A DNA stretch of 64,000 bases from Chloroflexota bacterium (GTDB taxonomy: Bacteria; Chloroflexota; UBA11872; VXOZ01): positions 3,008,001 to 3,072,000 of the forward strand of contig OZ244922.1 in the NCBI GenBank assembly GCA_965221905.1, given 5' to 3'. Below the pieces are notes generated by a model, which made no database searches, was not told where the DNA came from, and saw nothing but the letters and a program-made list of their open reading frames with translations. The translations under genes were made by a program, and so were the position numbers. How positions within the stretch are numbered: position 1 is the first letter of the stretch; each line of letters begins with the position of its first letter. Positions 27,137 to 37,927 of this stretch are shown in pieces.

Positions 27137-28570
27137 CTACCCGCTGCCGGCCTCATCGATGAGGGAGTTCAACTGGTCTTGCAGTTGCTTCAAGCCCTCG
27201 GCCACGGTGATCTCATTATCAAAGATCGGATGCATGCTGGGGTTGACGCCTTCGCGGATCATTTGCTGCCAAGTCACGACATCGTGGGTCGGCAGCGAGA
27301 TGGTAGCGCGGAGCGAGTCCTCGAGCATGGCGCGTGACGCAGGCGGCCCCGCTGCCTCTGTGCTGGTGTAGAACTCAAGCGCGGAGTCTAGCCGTCCCGG
27401 CACCTCGTTGAAGAGTTCCACCACGCGATCCTGCACCGGCTTCGTGATCGAGTGCGCCATCCACTTCCACGCCGCATCCGGATTGTTGGCCGCTGCGTTC
27501 ATGACGGTGCCGCGGAAGTTACTGTTGTTTCCGGTCTGCCCGGTGTTTGGTGACTTCGCCAGAAACGTCACGTCCCAATTCAATTCAGGATCTTCGAAGT
27601 AGCGGTTAAAGTACCAGTCGCCGGCCGAGAAGATCGAAACCAAGCCCTGGTTCATGAAGTAGGCGGGGTGGAGGTTGTTTTCGCCGCGCAGCGCCGTGTA
27701 TTCGTCTCTAGTGGGTGCCACCCGGTGCTTCTGTACCATGTCGACGCAGAACTGCACCGCATCAATCGCCTCCTGTGAGGCAATCACACACCGCGAGCGG
27801 TCCTCGCTGAGCACGCTGCCGCCGTTCATCTGGATGAAGTTGCCCCAGCCGGTCTCTATGCCGTGCAAGTGTCCAGAGCCAAAGCGCGCAATGTTTTCGC
27901 CTTCGCGCTGTGTAAGCTTCTCCGCGTACTCTTGCAGAGCGTTCCAGTCCCAGCCGTCACCCAGCTCGGCAGGCGGGGTCAGGCCGCCGGCAACGACGTG
28001 GTCCACATTGTACTGCGTGTTGCTGGTACTGTAGTTCCAGGGAGTACCGGACGCCTTGCCGTCGGTTGAGTACCAATCGACGAATGAAGGCAATGCCGCG
28101 CCCAGGTCCGCCGTGGCCTGCTGATCGCTGGAAACATACTGAGAGAGGTCCGCGGCGACACGACCGCCCGTAATCCACGACTTGACATTCACACCGTTCA
28201 TCAAGAAGATGTCGGGGCCGGTCTGTGCGGCAAGCGCCGCCAGGACTTTGTCCCAATAGCCGGACGGATTCTCGACCGTCAGGTCAACCTCATCCTGCGT
28301 TTCGTTGTACTCACCGACCAGCACATCAAAGCCGGGTACGTATGTGGAACCCCACTGCCAAAAGAGTACGGATTGAGCATCTGCGGCTGCGGGCGCCTTG
28401 GCACCCTCTTTAGCAGGAGCGTCGTCTTTGGCCATCTCCTCGCCATCACCGGTCGGACCGGCCTGCATGCCGCAGGCAGCCAGCAGCACGCCGGCGCCGG
28501 ACACTGCCGCCCCGCCGAGAAAGGTGCGACGGCTCACACCAAGACTATCGCTTCCTATCAATCTATCCAT
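27137..28570 (-). CDS. Sugar-type ABC extracellular solute-binding lipoprotein (Tat)
   Basis: SRRTFL, LAAC lipobox, GPDIF and W.W..L...A.KLT. GGAGG RBS before ATG 28570. Confidence 0.88.
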   Translation of the reverse strand: MDRLIGSDSLGVSRRTFLGGAAVSGAGVLLAACGMQAGPTGDGEEMAKDDAPAKEGAKAPAAADAQSVLFWQWGSTYVPGFDVLVGEYNETQDEVDLTVENPSGYWDKVLAALAAQTGPDIFLMNGVNVKSWITGGRVAADLSQYVSSDQQATADLGAALPSFVDWYSTDGKASGTPWNYSTSNTQYNVDHVVAGGLTPPAELGDGWDWNALQEYAEKLTQREGENIARFGSGHLHGIETGWGNFIQMNGGSVLSEDRSRCVIASQEAIDAVQFCVDMVQKHRVAPTRDEYTALRGENNLHPAYFMNQGLVSIFSAGDWYFNRYFEDPELNWDVTFLAKSPNTGQTGNNSNFRGTVMNAAANNPDAAWKWMAHSITKPVQDRVVELFNEVPGRLDSALEFYTSTEAAGPPASRAMLEDSLRATISLPTHDVVTWQQMIREGVNPSMHPIFDNEITVAEGLKQLQDQLNSLIDEAGSG

Positions 28571-28794
28571 CTCTAAGCCTCCTCTATAAGAAAACACCAC
28601 CTACCGGCTGCGCTTACCGCGGTCGCTGTGTGCAGCATAACCATGTTCTTCGCCAGCGTCAAGAGGAACATAGCTACTTCTAAGAGCAATCTCGCCAAAG
28701 TGATCCAAACTACTGGACCACTGCCGCGTTGAGACGCCGAATTTCCAGTTTAGCAGCGAGAATTACGGCTTGAATTGTCGGATGGCCGTCGGTT

Positions 28795-29919
28795 CTAAGT
28801 TCCCAGCGCAGCCCGCACGCCATACTGCACGGCAACCAGTTGTCCGGTGCGTGCCGCACGATACGCGGCCTCGATGACTTGCAGCACGTGGAGCGCATCC
28901 TCCAGAGAGACCGCAGGTGGGCGATCTGTGGAAATCTCCTCCACGAACCGCCGCATGATCTCAAAGAACCAGCGGTGGCCGCCATATACTGCCATCGGCG
29001 TTGGTGAATACGCAATCTGCTTCTGGGGCGCACCCGACCACGCCTGCGCTTCACTGGACACCTCCAAATGTGGCCCGCCAACAGGCATCCAGTTCGCCCA
29101 ACCGTGTAGGCCGCGATAGACAAGGCACGAGTCATACCCACCAGCGAGAGGCGGTAGCGCGTACGCCGCGTGCAAGCTGCCAAGAGCGCCGTTCTCATAC
29201 TCCAGCGCCACAACTGCCACGTCTTCAAGGGGTTCATCAATGTGCCCCACCGGTCGGCCCATGAGCGCCTGCACTGTCTTGACCTCGCACTGCATGAGGT
29301 GCCGCATCAATTCGATGTAGTGCCCGCCGAGCATGTGCAGCACGCCGCCACCTTCGGTCTCCGCCCCGTACATGAAGTGCGCTGGGTCGCGGCTGCCGGG
29401 GCGAACCTGGGTGGTGACAAGACGACTCTCGAGGGAGAGCGGAGCGCCAAAGACGCCTTGGTCGATGAACTGCTTCAAGTCCTGCATCACCGGATGAAAG
29501 CGCCAGGGATACCCGGCAAGCACTCTGACCTGATTCCGCTCCACGGCATCCACCAACCGCGCTAGGTCAGCCGCCGTGCGGGCAAACTGCTTTTCCACGA
29601 AGAAATGCTTACCGGCTTCCGCCAGCTTGATACCGATGGCAGGGATTTCGTTCGCAGGCAGCACAACGCACGCCAGCGCAAAGTCCTCTTTTTCCAAGAG
29701 TTCGTCCACGCTTGCGTAGACGTGCGCAAACGGATCAAACTCACGCGCCCGGTCCAAAAGCAACGGGTCGCTATCCTCGCAGTAGGCAACAACCTGCGCA
29801 TCCGGTATCTGCTTGAAGGTATGAATGTACCCTGGCGACGGCCGTGTCGGATCCAGGCTGCCCACGTGCGGGTGCCGCAGCCCAATCATGGCAGCGCGGA
29901 GCGGTTTCTCGATAGACAT
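28795..29919 (-). CDS. Gfo/Idh/MocA family oxidoreductase
   Basis: Rossmann N-terminus, AGKHFFVEK, GGGVLHMLGGHYI and ED.A. Confidence 0.88.
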   Translation of the reverse strand: MSIEKPLRAAMIGLRHPHVGSLDPTRPSPGYIHTFKQIPDAQVVAYCEDSDPLLLDRAREFDPFAHVYASVDELLEKEDFALACVVLPANEIPAIGIKLAEAGKHFFVEKQFARTAADLARLVDAVERNQVRVLAGYPWRFHPVMQDLKQFIDQGVFGAPLSLESRLVTTQVRPGSRDPAHFMYGAETEGGGVLHMLGGHYIELMRHLMQCEVKTVQALMGRPVGHIDEPLEDVAVVALEYENGALGSLHAAYALPPLAGGYDSCLVYRGLHGWANWMPVGGPHLEVSSEAQAWSGAPQKQIAYSPTPMAVYGGHRWFFEIMRRFVEEISTDRPPAVSLEDALHVLQVIEAAYRAARTGQLVAVQYGVRAALGT

Positions 29920-30043
29920 ATCTTTACCTCTTTTTTGAACGGTGACAATTGTGAAATCCTGGATGATTCACACGAATAATGTCCACAACCAGGTTGCGTC
30001 CTCGCCCCTAGACTTTCCCTTTTAGATACGATTCTTGCCCGTA

Positions 30044-30071
30044 GTAGGGGCACGACATGTCGTGCCCCTAC
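30044..30071. repeat. Perfect 28-bp GTAG-type REP palindrome
   Basis: GTAGGGGCACGACATGTCGTGCCCCTAC is its own reverse complement. Confidence 0.85.
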
Positions 30072-30231
30072 ACCCCGTTGCTCCAGGAGGAAGACACTTC
30101 ACATAAACCGGAACCTGCTTCCGCAGAGAAAGGGCTGAATGCATTGGCTCAATTGTACGCAAGGTTGCGCCTGCTGCCCAGCAGTTCTCGAACCTACAAA
30201 CACTTTCGGCCCGGTTGTCGCGCCTAAAGAA

Positions 30232-30250
30232 CCCCCCCCCCCCCCCCCCC
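30232..30250. repeat. C19 homopolymer
   Basis: 19 consecutive C bases. Confidence 0.9.
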
Positions 30251-30261
30251 ACGCAACCGTC

Positions 30262-31308
30262 TCACGTCGCCGTTATCAATTGTGCCTCTTTATCACCAAA
30301 CGGCAGATCTATTCGCCCGCAACCACGCCGGTAGGATTCCCGCATGGCCAGCGCAATCTCCAAATCGGCGTAACCATCCTCACCATTGCAGTCCGGTTCA
30401 TTGTCGGTCTCCAGGCACTGGATCATATCGGCAACCGCCTGCGACGTGGGGCTGGGCAGTCGCTGCGGACGCGGGAATGCTTCTCGTACGGGTCGATCGG
30501 TCTTGCCGTTCCCTGCGCGCCGCCAGAGTTCGAACTCTCGGCCGCCGTCCAGCGCCCGAATGCGTCCGCGCTCGCCGATGATGTCCCACTCTTGCACCGC
30601 CGCGCCTGTGCCCATCATACGCAAGTACCCGCGCACGCCGTTGCGGAATGCAACGTAGGCGTTGCCCCCGTACCGGTCCCTATCGTCGGTAAGGGCCGCT
30701 GCACTGCCAATTTCGCCAACGAACCAATCCACCGGCGCGTCGCCGGCAAAGTAGCGCATCAGGTCGACCCAATGGCTGCCGTCATGGGAGAGGTTGGAAG
30801 CGCAGTAGCCCGTAACTTGGAGCACTTGACCGATAGCGCCCTCATCGATCAACTGCTTGGCTTTGCGGTAGAAGGGATGCCAACGGCGCAGGCAACCTAC
30901 ACCGAGCTTGACGCCGTGGTGGCGGCACGCAGCGACCATTGCCTCAGCCTCTCCCAGCGTCCACGCCAGCGGCTTCTCGGCATAGATCACTTTCACGCCC
31001 GCTTCCGCGCAGGCGATGACCACGTCGGGCCGCTCCTCAGCACGGGTGCAGACACTGACTATATCCAGTTTCTCACGCTCCAAGAGGTCAGCATGGCTCT
31101 CGCAGACATGCTCCACGTCCCAGCGCTGCCGGTAGGCTGCGCGTTTGTCTGGATCCACGTCCGCGGCGGCAACCACGTGCACCCGCGGCTCCTCCATGTA
31201 GGCCGCAGTGTGCGAAAAGGGAAGGATAACGCTGGCATTGCCCTGAACTTCGTCATCGATGGTGCTGCCCATGCGGCCGCAACCGATCACCCCAACCCAG
31301 TATGTCAT
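30262..31308 (-). CDS. Gfo/Idh/MocA family oxidoreductase
   Basis: GVIGCGRMG, AEKPLA and HDGSHWVD. GAGGAGG RBS before ATG 31308. Confidence 0.9.
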   Translation of the reverse strand: MTYWVGVIGCGRMGSTIDDEVQGNASVILPFSHTAAYMEEPRVHVVAAADVDPDKRAAYRQRWDVEHVCESHADLLEREKLDIVSVCTRAEERPDVVIACAEAGVKVIYAEKPLAWTLGEAEAMVAACRHHGVKLGVGCLRRWHPFYRKAKQLIDEGAIGQVLQVTGYCASNLSHDGSHWVDLMRYFAGDAPVDWFVGEIGSAAALTDDRDRYGGNAYVAFRNGVRGYLRMMGTGAAVQEWDIIGERGRIRALDGGREFELWRRAGNGKTDRPVREAFPRPQRLPSPTSQAVADMIQCLETDNEPDCNGEDGYADLEIALAMRESYRRGCGRIDLPFGDKEAQLITAT

Positions 31309-31418
31309 AGAATGACACCTCCTCATTCCAAACGCTTTCGCGAGGCGCAACGGTGAGATTTCCCTTAGCCGTAGGGCTGCGCACGAAGGCGCCGGGGAAT
31401 CCAGCGATAGAGTAGAAC

Positions 31419-31453
31419 CAAGAAGCCAGATAGATTATCTATCTGGCTTCTTG
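31419..31453. terminator. Perfect 17-bp inverted repeat (terminator or operator)
   Basis: caagaagccagatagat-t-atctatctggcttcttg. Confidence 0.55.
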
Positions 31454-31570
31454 TTATTCTTCCAAGACTCTGGCTGCGCAACTTTCGCGGCACGGTGGGC
31501 GCTACCACTTACCCAAATTAGCTAGTTTGACACAGTAGCGATAACGCTTGCGCCGCTGTTTCGGTTTGAC

Positions 31571-31654
31571 CTAGCCACCCATGCGGGCGATGTCAGCCTC
31601 AAGCTGCACCTGCGCATAGAGAAGTTTTCGACGACTAATTCGCTGCATGGGCAT
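31571..31654 (-). pseudogene. 27-codon ORF resembling an internally deleted Tat solute-binding-protein gene
   Basis: Strong GGAGG RBS. MPMQRISRRKLLYAQVQLEADIARMGG has a twin-Arg start joined directly to a C-terminus-like helix. Confidence 0.4.
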
Positions 31655-32053
31655 TTCCTCCCTCGCACACTTCACAAAAAAAACTGGAGCAGGCCGTTCT
31701 AGCGATAGAAGCTTTCTACCGCAACTGCTCCAGATTCCTAACTGAACCCACAATTTTTCCCGCTGTCAAACAACCTGCTACAGCAGGCTCTTGCTTGCAC
31801 GTAACAGAGGTGGGTAGAGATGCGTTCGCCCCTGCGGGCCTACTCCATGAACCAGCCTAATTGGCGTGTGGCTCTCGTGTCGAAGCGCTTATGACCCTTA
31901 ACGCTAAGCCTCACACACCCAACAGCTAGGACTGACGCTACGCAACCGCACCCCAACGTACACACGCAGCATTTTAAATGACGAAGCCTAAAGCAAACCT
32001 AGCTGCTCTTGGGGCAGTTGCTACCCGGGCAGGCATAGACCACCCTTGGCCTC

Positions 32054-32263
32054 TTAGGCTCCCATCGTCCTTCGGACTTTAGCCTCGCGTCTACGCTGAC
32101 GGCGAATAGCCCTTTGTAGTGCCAAACGCTCTTTTTCTGATTTCGAGCGATAGAACCGCCGCAAGCGGACTTCTCGCATTACTCCGGACCGGTTTATAGA
32201 TGAGCGAAAACGCTGCAAGAGACTATCAAAGCTCTCACCGTCGCGCAAGGACACTGCTGACAA
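32054..32263 (-). CDS. rpsU: 30S ribosomal protein S21
   Basis: V.LRDGESFDSLLQRF...GVMREVR.RRFY.SKSEK. GAGGAG RBS; TTG or GTG start uncertain. Confidence 0.85.
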   Translation of the reverse strand: MSAVSLRDGESFDSLLQRFRSSINRSGVMREVRLRRFYRSKSEKERLALQRAIRRQRRREAKVRRTMGA

Positions 32264-32412
32264 ATCAACCACACTCCTCTTGACGTATCTGCACTTTGCA
32301 AATAAGAAACATGCGTACGTTCGCATCAAACCTAACCTAGGCTAACTACAATACCATACTTCGCGCATTGCAACAATCCAAGAACTACACTACCTTCCCG
32401 ACAATCCAAGAA

Positions 32413-33387
32413 TTACACCACCTCCCTGACGGCGCTCTCTTGCTTCAAATCGCTATCCACCATCATCTTAATGAGACCTGGAAAGTCTACGGTTGGCATC
32501 CAACCCAGCTTCTCTTTTGCTTTCGAGTTGTCGGCGATCAAGAGGTTGACTTCTGCCGGGCGGAGGAACCGCGGGTCTTTGCCCACAAATTCCTGCCAGT
32601 CCAAGCCAACGTGATCGAATGCCACCGCGCACATCTCCTGGATCGAGTGCGTTTCGCCGGTGCCGACCACATAGTCGTCAGGCTCGTCCTGTTGCAGCAT
32701 CAGGTGCATCGCCTGCACGTAATCACCGGCGTATCCCCAATCGCGCTTCGGCGACAGATCGCCCATTAGAAGGCTATCCTGCTTGCCAAGCTTGATGCGC
32801 GCTGCCGCGTTTGTCGTCTTGCGCGTTACAAATTCCAGGCCGCGGCGCGGCGATTCATGATTGAAGAGAATCCCTGAGCAAGCAAACATGTCGTAGCTCT
32901 CGCGGTAGTTCACCGTAGTGTAGTGCCCGTACGCCTTGGCCACGCCGTAAGGGCTGCGGGGATGAAAAGGCGTCGCCTCGCTCTGCGGCATTTCGCGCAC
33001 CTTGCCAAACACTTCACTGCTCGACGCTTGGTAGAAACGGATGTCCCGGTTTACCATGCGGATAGCTTCCAACAGTCGAATGACTCCCAATCCCGTAATC
33101 TCACTCGTGAGCACCGGCTGGCGCCACGACAATGGCACGAAGCTGATCGCACCCAGGTTGTAAACCTCATCCGGTTGCGCGCTCTCCACGGCGGCGATGA
33201 GTGAACTCTGGTCTAAGAGGTCTCCTTCAATGAGTTCCAGATCGGGGACGAGCCGCTGTACGGCCTCCGCTTTGGGGTTGTTCTGGCCCCGAATGAGGCC
33301 GTATACGCTATACCCCAAGCCGATAAGATACTCGGCAAGATAGGTGCCGTCCTGCCCGGTGATTCCAGTAATTAGTGCTGTTTTCAC
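32413..33387 (-). CDS. gmd: GDP-mannose 4,6-dehydratase
   Basis: [43 protein letters not shown] and RDWG. Confidence 0.95.
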   Translation of the reverse strand: MKTALITGITGQDGTYLAEYLIGLGYSVYGLIRGQNNPKAEAVQRLVPDLELIEGDLLDQSSLIAAVESAQPDEVYNLGAISFVPLSWRQPVLTSEITGLGVIRLLEAIRMVNRDIRFYQASSSEVFGKVREMPQSEATPFHPRSPYGVAKAYGHYTTVNYRESYDMFACSGILFNHESPRRGLEFVTRKTTNAAARIKLGKQDSLLMGDLSPKRDWGYAGDYVQAMHLMLQQDEPDDYVVGTGETHSIQEMCAVAFDHVGLDWQEFVGKDPRFLRPAEVNLLIADNSKAKEKLGWMPTVDFPGLIKMMVDSDLKQESAVREVV

Positions 33388-33961
33388 ACGCGATCCCCCA
33401 CAAGCGACTGGTGACAAAACCGTAGGGCACACACAAGTTTCAAAAGCTCAATTCGTGTTTCTCAGTGAAGAGCCCGCCGCTATGCACAAGCCCCTCCACG
33501 CTTTGGCCTTGCCTCGGACCCGAATTCTACAGCGCACAGCATCGCGAGTAGAGAGAGAAGGGAGGCCGAGCGAACGACACCGCTAGCACCCCAGCGCACA
33601 AACGAATGCACCTGCTTGCGCCCACCTATCCGGCCAACAGGCGCGGCTGGAAGCCCCTGGAGGTCGACTCTTCAAGACTACAATCATGCTATATATTCTA
33701 ATGCTATCATAGGAGCGAAGACATGCGCATTGGGCCCACCACGTGCGGCAATCAGGGCGAAGGCGCCGCTGTGTAGTGCGCAATTAATTGCTGGAGTGTA
33801 AGCTGTGTCATCGCGAAGGTACGGCCGCATTGCTTAGACTGAATGGATTTGTGCCGCCATGCTAGCGTCCAGCCAACACAGAATTCGATTGTTTCGCTGA
33901 CCAACGCAAGAATGTCCGGCAAGTCACGTGCCTGCCGCTGGAAGCCCCCAGGGAGAAGAGA

Positions 33962-34216
33962 ATGGCCGAAGAACGGCAGCCGCTAACGCTAAAAGTGGAA
34001 ACTGCGCGCGGCGTGCGCACGCTCACCTTTCCCGAAGAAATCGTCGCGCAGGGACGCGGTGTGCCGCGCACTGTTAGATGCTACGCCATGTCGGACGAGG
34101 TGCGCATGATACGCATCGAAGCACGGCGAGCAGACGGTCTGCGCTTCAACGTGCTCGACGAGTACAATCAGCCGCTCAATGACGCCCCGGTGCAATGGGA
34201 AATTATCTGGCGCTAG
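33962..34216 (+). CDS. Hypothetical protein (84 aa)
   Basis: GGGAGAAG RBS and natural amino-acid composition; no family recognised. Confidence 0.55.
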   Translation: MAEERQPLTLKVETARGVRTLTFPEEIVAQGRGVPRTVRCYAMSDEVRMIRIEARRADGLRFNVLDEYNQPLNDAPVQWEIIWR

Positions 34217-34342
34217 TATTCATCCGGCAGTGAGCGGTCACGCGCCGCAACCTGTGTACAAATCACTCCTATCGCCTTGCCGTGAAGGGCGAGATTGTTA
34301 CACTTAAAGCGGCAAGCGTCGTTCGAGAGGATCGGATAGGCA

Positions 34343-34672
34343 ATGAGAAAACGGGACGAGTGCCGCGATATGCAGGACATTCGCGCAGAGATCGACAGGA
34401 TAGACCAAGCGGTCATCCGGCTGCTCAGCGAGCGGTTCGAGTATGTGCAGCAGGCATCTCGGTTCAAGACCAGTGCCACCTCGGTGCGCGCACCGGACCG
34501 CTTCAAGGCCATGCTGAAGCAACGTCGGGTCTGGGCGCAGGAAGCCGGCCTGGACGCTGACGTTATCGAAAGCATGTACCGCGACCTGGTGAACTACTTC
34601 ATCGAGGAAGAGTTGAAGCGGTGGCAAGCGGAAAAGAGTGGAAGTGATCCAGCGCCTGATGCCACCGCCTAG
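34343..34672 (+). CDS. AroQ-type chorismate mutase / isochorismate-pyruvate lyase (PchB-like)
   Basis: C..MQDIRAEIDRID...LL.ER..YV..A.RFK...V.APDR...ML..RR.WA. Confidence 0.85.
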   Translation: MRKRDECRDMQDIRAEIDRIDQAVIRLLSERFEYVQQASRFKTSATSVRAPDRFKAMLKQRRVWAQEAGLDADVIESMYRDLVNYFIEEELKRWQAEKSGSDPAPDATA

Positions 34673-34768
34673 GGCAGTTGCACACAAGCTACTTTCATTC
34701 AAGTAGTCGCCGCCCTTAGTCATGATTCAGCACAAAGATTAAACGCCGCTCCCTATTGATCGATATCT

Positions 34769-37700
34769 ATGCCTTACGTAGACGATGCTCTTCTCTTGCC
34801 CCTCGGCACCAGCCTCCTGCTCTTGCTTTGGCTCTCTTTCTGCGGCGCCGTCCTCGTCCGCTTCTGCTGCTCTATTCGCAGTTGGACGCTGCTGCCTCCC
34901 CTCGGCCTCGCTGCCGGTTGCGCTATCTTCCTCGTCTGCGCCAATCTCCTCGGCAAGGTCGGCGCTCTACCTGAGGGTTCCGGAATCGCCGTCCTTGTCG
35001 GCACAGTCGGCACTGTGCCTCTGGCCTTCGGCGGCGCCTTCCTCTTGCTCAGCGCCCTCGGCATCTTCGCCTCTTTCCAATTACGGCCACACTCCTGGCA
35101 GCTACCCTCCCGTCGAACGCTCCTCGCAGTCTGCGGCTATTCCCTCTTAGCTCTCGTGCTCGCCTACGTCTGTCTCGCCATTCGCAACCAGTCCTACTTC
35201 TATGACTTCCCTACCCACTTGGCATTCGCGACTACCATCGCACGCGACAACCTGCCCGTGCGCAACCCCTACTCTCCGGTCTCCCCCTCCGGCTACCACT
35301 ACGGCGCCGCTCTCCTCGTCGCTGCCCTCTCCCGCGCCGCCGGCCTGCCCGCTGTTACCGGTTATCAACTCCTCGCTGCTTTGCAAGGCGCAGCACTTCT
35401 CCTGCTCGTCTTCGCCTTGGGCCGCGAGGCCGGTAAACTCTTCCTCTGGGGCCTTGCCTGCCTCCTCGCCGCTCTCTCCATGGGAAGCTTGGTGCTCTGG
35501 CGGCCTTTCGCCGCGTTACCTCCTGCTCTCTCTCATTTGCTTGGCGGCAATCTGTCGCTCGATGCCCTCCTCCAGTTCCCCAGCCTCCGCCAATATATCG
35601 AACTCGTCTATCCCATCGTCTCTTTCTCTTCCGACCTCCACTGGCTCTTGATCTATCCCCATCGACTCGCGGCCTTCTTCACTGTCGCCGCGTTGGCCGT
35701 GTTGCTTGTCGGACCAGGGCGCCGACGTTGGGGCCACACCACTATGGCCTTATCTATTACCATCGCTGCTGCCATCGCCCTCTATGATGAAACTATGCTC
35801 CCCCTTGCTCTCATGGCCCTCGCTTGGCCTCTGCTCTCCCTCCGCCGTAATCCCCAACGCCTCGCCATTTGGTCGGGCGGCATCATCGCCACTATCGGCC
35901 TCATTGCACTTCAAGGCGGCTCTGTCACCGACGCGCTATTTGGCACTTCCGGCTCGCGACCCCCTTTTTCCCTTTACTCCCCTGCCGAATTCTCCCGCTC
36001 GCTTATCTTTACCAAAGCGTTGCCTGAGGGGTGGCTCTGGATACTCCCTCCCCTACCCCTCGCCGCCTCCGCCCTCATCTTCATCTGGAAACGCTGGTGG
36101 CTGGGGCTCATGCTCTGCGGCTTCGGCTTCGCAGGCTACCTCGGCTTTCATATTGTGGATTACCAGGGAGCCATCGGTTCTGGCCAATGGGCCCGTGTCG
36201 TGAACCTCTCATTTCTCACACTCGCTTTGGTAACGCCCTTGGCGGTTGCCCGTCTTCTCCGTGATGCACAGCCGTGGCGCACAGCGCTTGTCGCCTTCTT
36301 ACTGATGCCCGTTGCATTGCCTACGCTCTTGCAGCCAGTGGCAAGCGTCTTATCCGAGCTCCCCCGTGAAATTTCACTCCACGATCCAGATCTCCCGGGC
36401 CTAGCTTATACTCCCCAAATCACCGACCCTTACGTACACCAAGAGCTTGTCAACTTTCACGATGTCTATCGGGACGTCGGGCAGTTGCTTCCCGATGACA
36501 GCGTCGTGCTGACGCAGCATCCCGTTTCATTCGCAATTGCCACGGGCCTCACCACAGCCTATGCCCCGACCTCCGGTCTCACACTGTTTCCTTCTCACCG
36601 CTACATTCCGGATCCGGCGTTCTACGATGCTTTCTGGCGTCTTGATCCCGCTGCCTGGCGCGCCTTGGGCGCGACTGCCGTCCTCTATCACCACAATACC
36701 TACCACTCCCTCCCACTAGCAGCTCGCAGACTGGTCGAGGACAGTGGCTGGTTCATTACGCACTACGATGAGAGCGACTTCTTGCTTCTAGCGCCTAACG
36801 AAGCCTTCTTCCGCTATGGGAATGCGTCTCCCAGTACCTTCGCCTCGTTCCGCGCGGCCCTTACTCCCAGGGATACCGTATTTCTTTCGCCTAATCTGCC
36901 TTACGGCGTCGGACAAGCACTGGTGCATCTCCTGAGCGACCATCCTGTTGCGGGCCTAGGGCCCGACCTCAGTTCACACCACTGGATGGAGCTCATGCGG
37001 CCCCCAGGGCTTGATGCGGCGTCCGCCGTGTGGCACGCGCGCAGCCATATGGATACGCGGCTTGCCGGCGTCTTTCCAGAGGCTGCTCTTTGGGAGTGGC
37101 GGGCGCCAAGCGAAAGCGCGGGCGTGTACCCCAATGCTCCGATTCCCGCATTCGCTCCCCTAGAGCTTTCCGCCGGCCAGTCATTGGCCTTGCAAGCTAA
37201 TCACAGTAGACTTGCCTTGGACGACGCGCCCGGCATGGCCACATCCGTTCACTTCCGCTCACTCTCTCTCGTGCTTGCCGGGCACCCTGGAAGCGTGGTC
37301 CAGATCTGTGCGCCCGCAGGATGTGCGCAGCGCGACCTGGGCGGCGCCACATGGACGTACAGCCTGCCCTTGATCGCAGAAAACACCCAATTCACGCTCT
37401 CGGTACTGCACGGCCGGGCCTTTGTCGCCGGCACGCTTGGCTTCTCCGACCGGCTCGCCGCGGTCCGCACTACCGGCGTTGTCATTCGACCCCGGCAAAC
37501 TGACAATGCCATTAAAGTAGACGTGAGTTACTTCAACTTTCAAGGATGGACACTTGGCAACGGCATAGCGTGGCAACTTGTGCGCGTTGACTCTGAGCAG
37601 GAGCGTCGGGTGCTTTCCCGCCCCAGCCAACTCATCATCTTTGGTGAGCTCGGCGACGTAGTCTACACGCTTGGTCCTGACGGGAGCCACGCTGAGCACA

Positions 37701-37927
37701 ATTTCACTGAATCGCCGCCGCTGTTCGAGCAGGCTCGGGCACTGACCGATGGCGAGTACCGCCTCTTCCTCAGCTTCTTCATCGATCAATTTAAGGCCGC
37801 CGATTGGATACCTGCCGCTCACTTTCGCGTGCAAGAGGGTACCATAGTATCGTTCACTCCACTGCCCCAGATTGCACGCCTGAGTTTTGGCGCGGAACAC
37901 ACGGAAACTGTTGTCTTGGAAGAATGA
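34769..37927 (+). CDS. Large polytopic membrane protein (GT-C glycosyltransferase-like), copy 1
   Basis: About 13 hydrophobic segments, a D.PTH...NPY...YHYG first loop and a soluble C-terminal half. Confidence 0.7.
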   Translation: MPYVDDALLLPLGTSLLLLLWLSFCGAVLVRFCCSIRSWTLLPPLGLAAGCAIFLVCANLLGKVGALPEGSGIAVLVGTVGTVPLAFGGAFLLLSALGIFASFQLRPHSWQLPSRRTLLAVCGYSLLALVLAYVCLAIRNQSYFYDFPTHLAFATTIARDNLPVRNPYSPVSPSGYHYGAALLVAALSRAAGLPAVTGYQLLAALQGAALLLLVFALGREAGKLFLWGLACLLAALSMGSLVLWRPFAALPPALSHLLGGNLSLDALLQFPSLRQYIELVYPIVSFSSDLHWLLIYPHRLAAFFTVAALAVLLVGPGRRRWGHTTMALSITIAAAIALYDETMLPLALMALAWPLLSLRRNPQRLAIWSGGIIATIGLIALQGGSVTDALFGTSGSRPPFSLYSPAEFSRSLIFTKALPEGWLWILPPLPLAASALIFIWKRWWLGLMLCGFGFAGYLGFHIVDYQGAIGSGQWARVVNLSFLTLALVTPLAVARLLRDAQPWRTALVAFLLMPVALPTLLQPVASVLSELPREISLHDPDLPGLAYTPQITDPYVHQELVNFHDVYRDVGQLLPDDSVVLTQHPVSFAIATGLTTAYAPTSGLTLFPSHRYIPDPAFYDAFWRLDPAAWRALGATAVLYHHNTYHSLPLAARRLVEDSGWFITHYDESDFLLLAPNEAFFRYGNASPSTFASFRAALTPRDTVFLSPNLPYGVGQALVHLLSDHPVAGLGPDLSSHHWMELMRPPGLDAASAVWHARSHMDTRLAGVFPEAALWEWRAPSESAGVYPNAPIPAFAPLELSAGQSLALQANHSRLALDDAPGMATSVHFRSLSLVLAGHPGSVVQICAPAGCAQRDLGGATWTYSLPLIAENTQFTLSVLHGRAFVAGTLGFSDRLAAVRTTGVVIRPRQTDNAIKVDVSYFNFQGWTLGNGIAWQLVRVDSEQERRVLSRPSQLIIFGELGDVVYTLGPDGSHAEHNFTESPPLFEQARALTDGEYRLFLSFFIDQFKAADWIPAAHFRVQEGTIVSFTPLPQIARLSFGAEHTETVVLEE

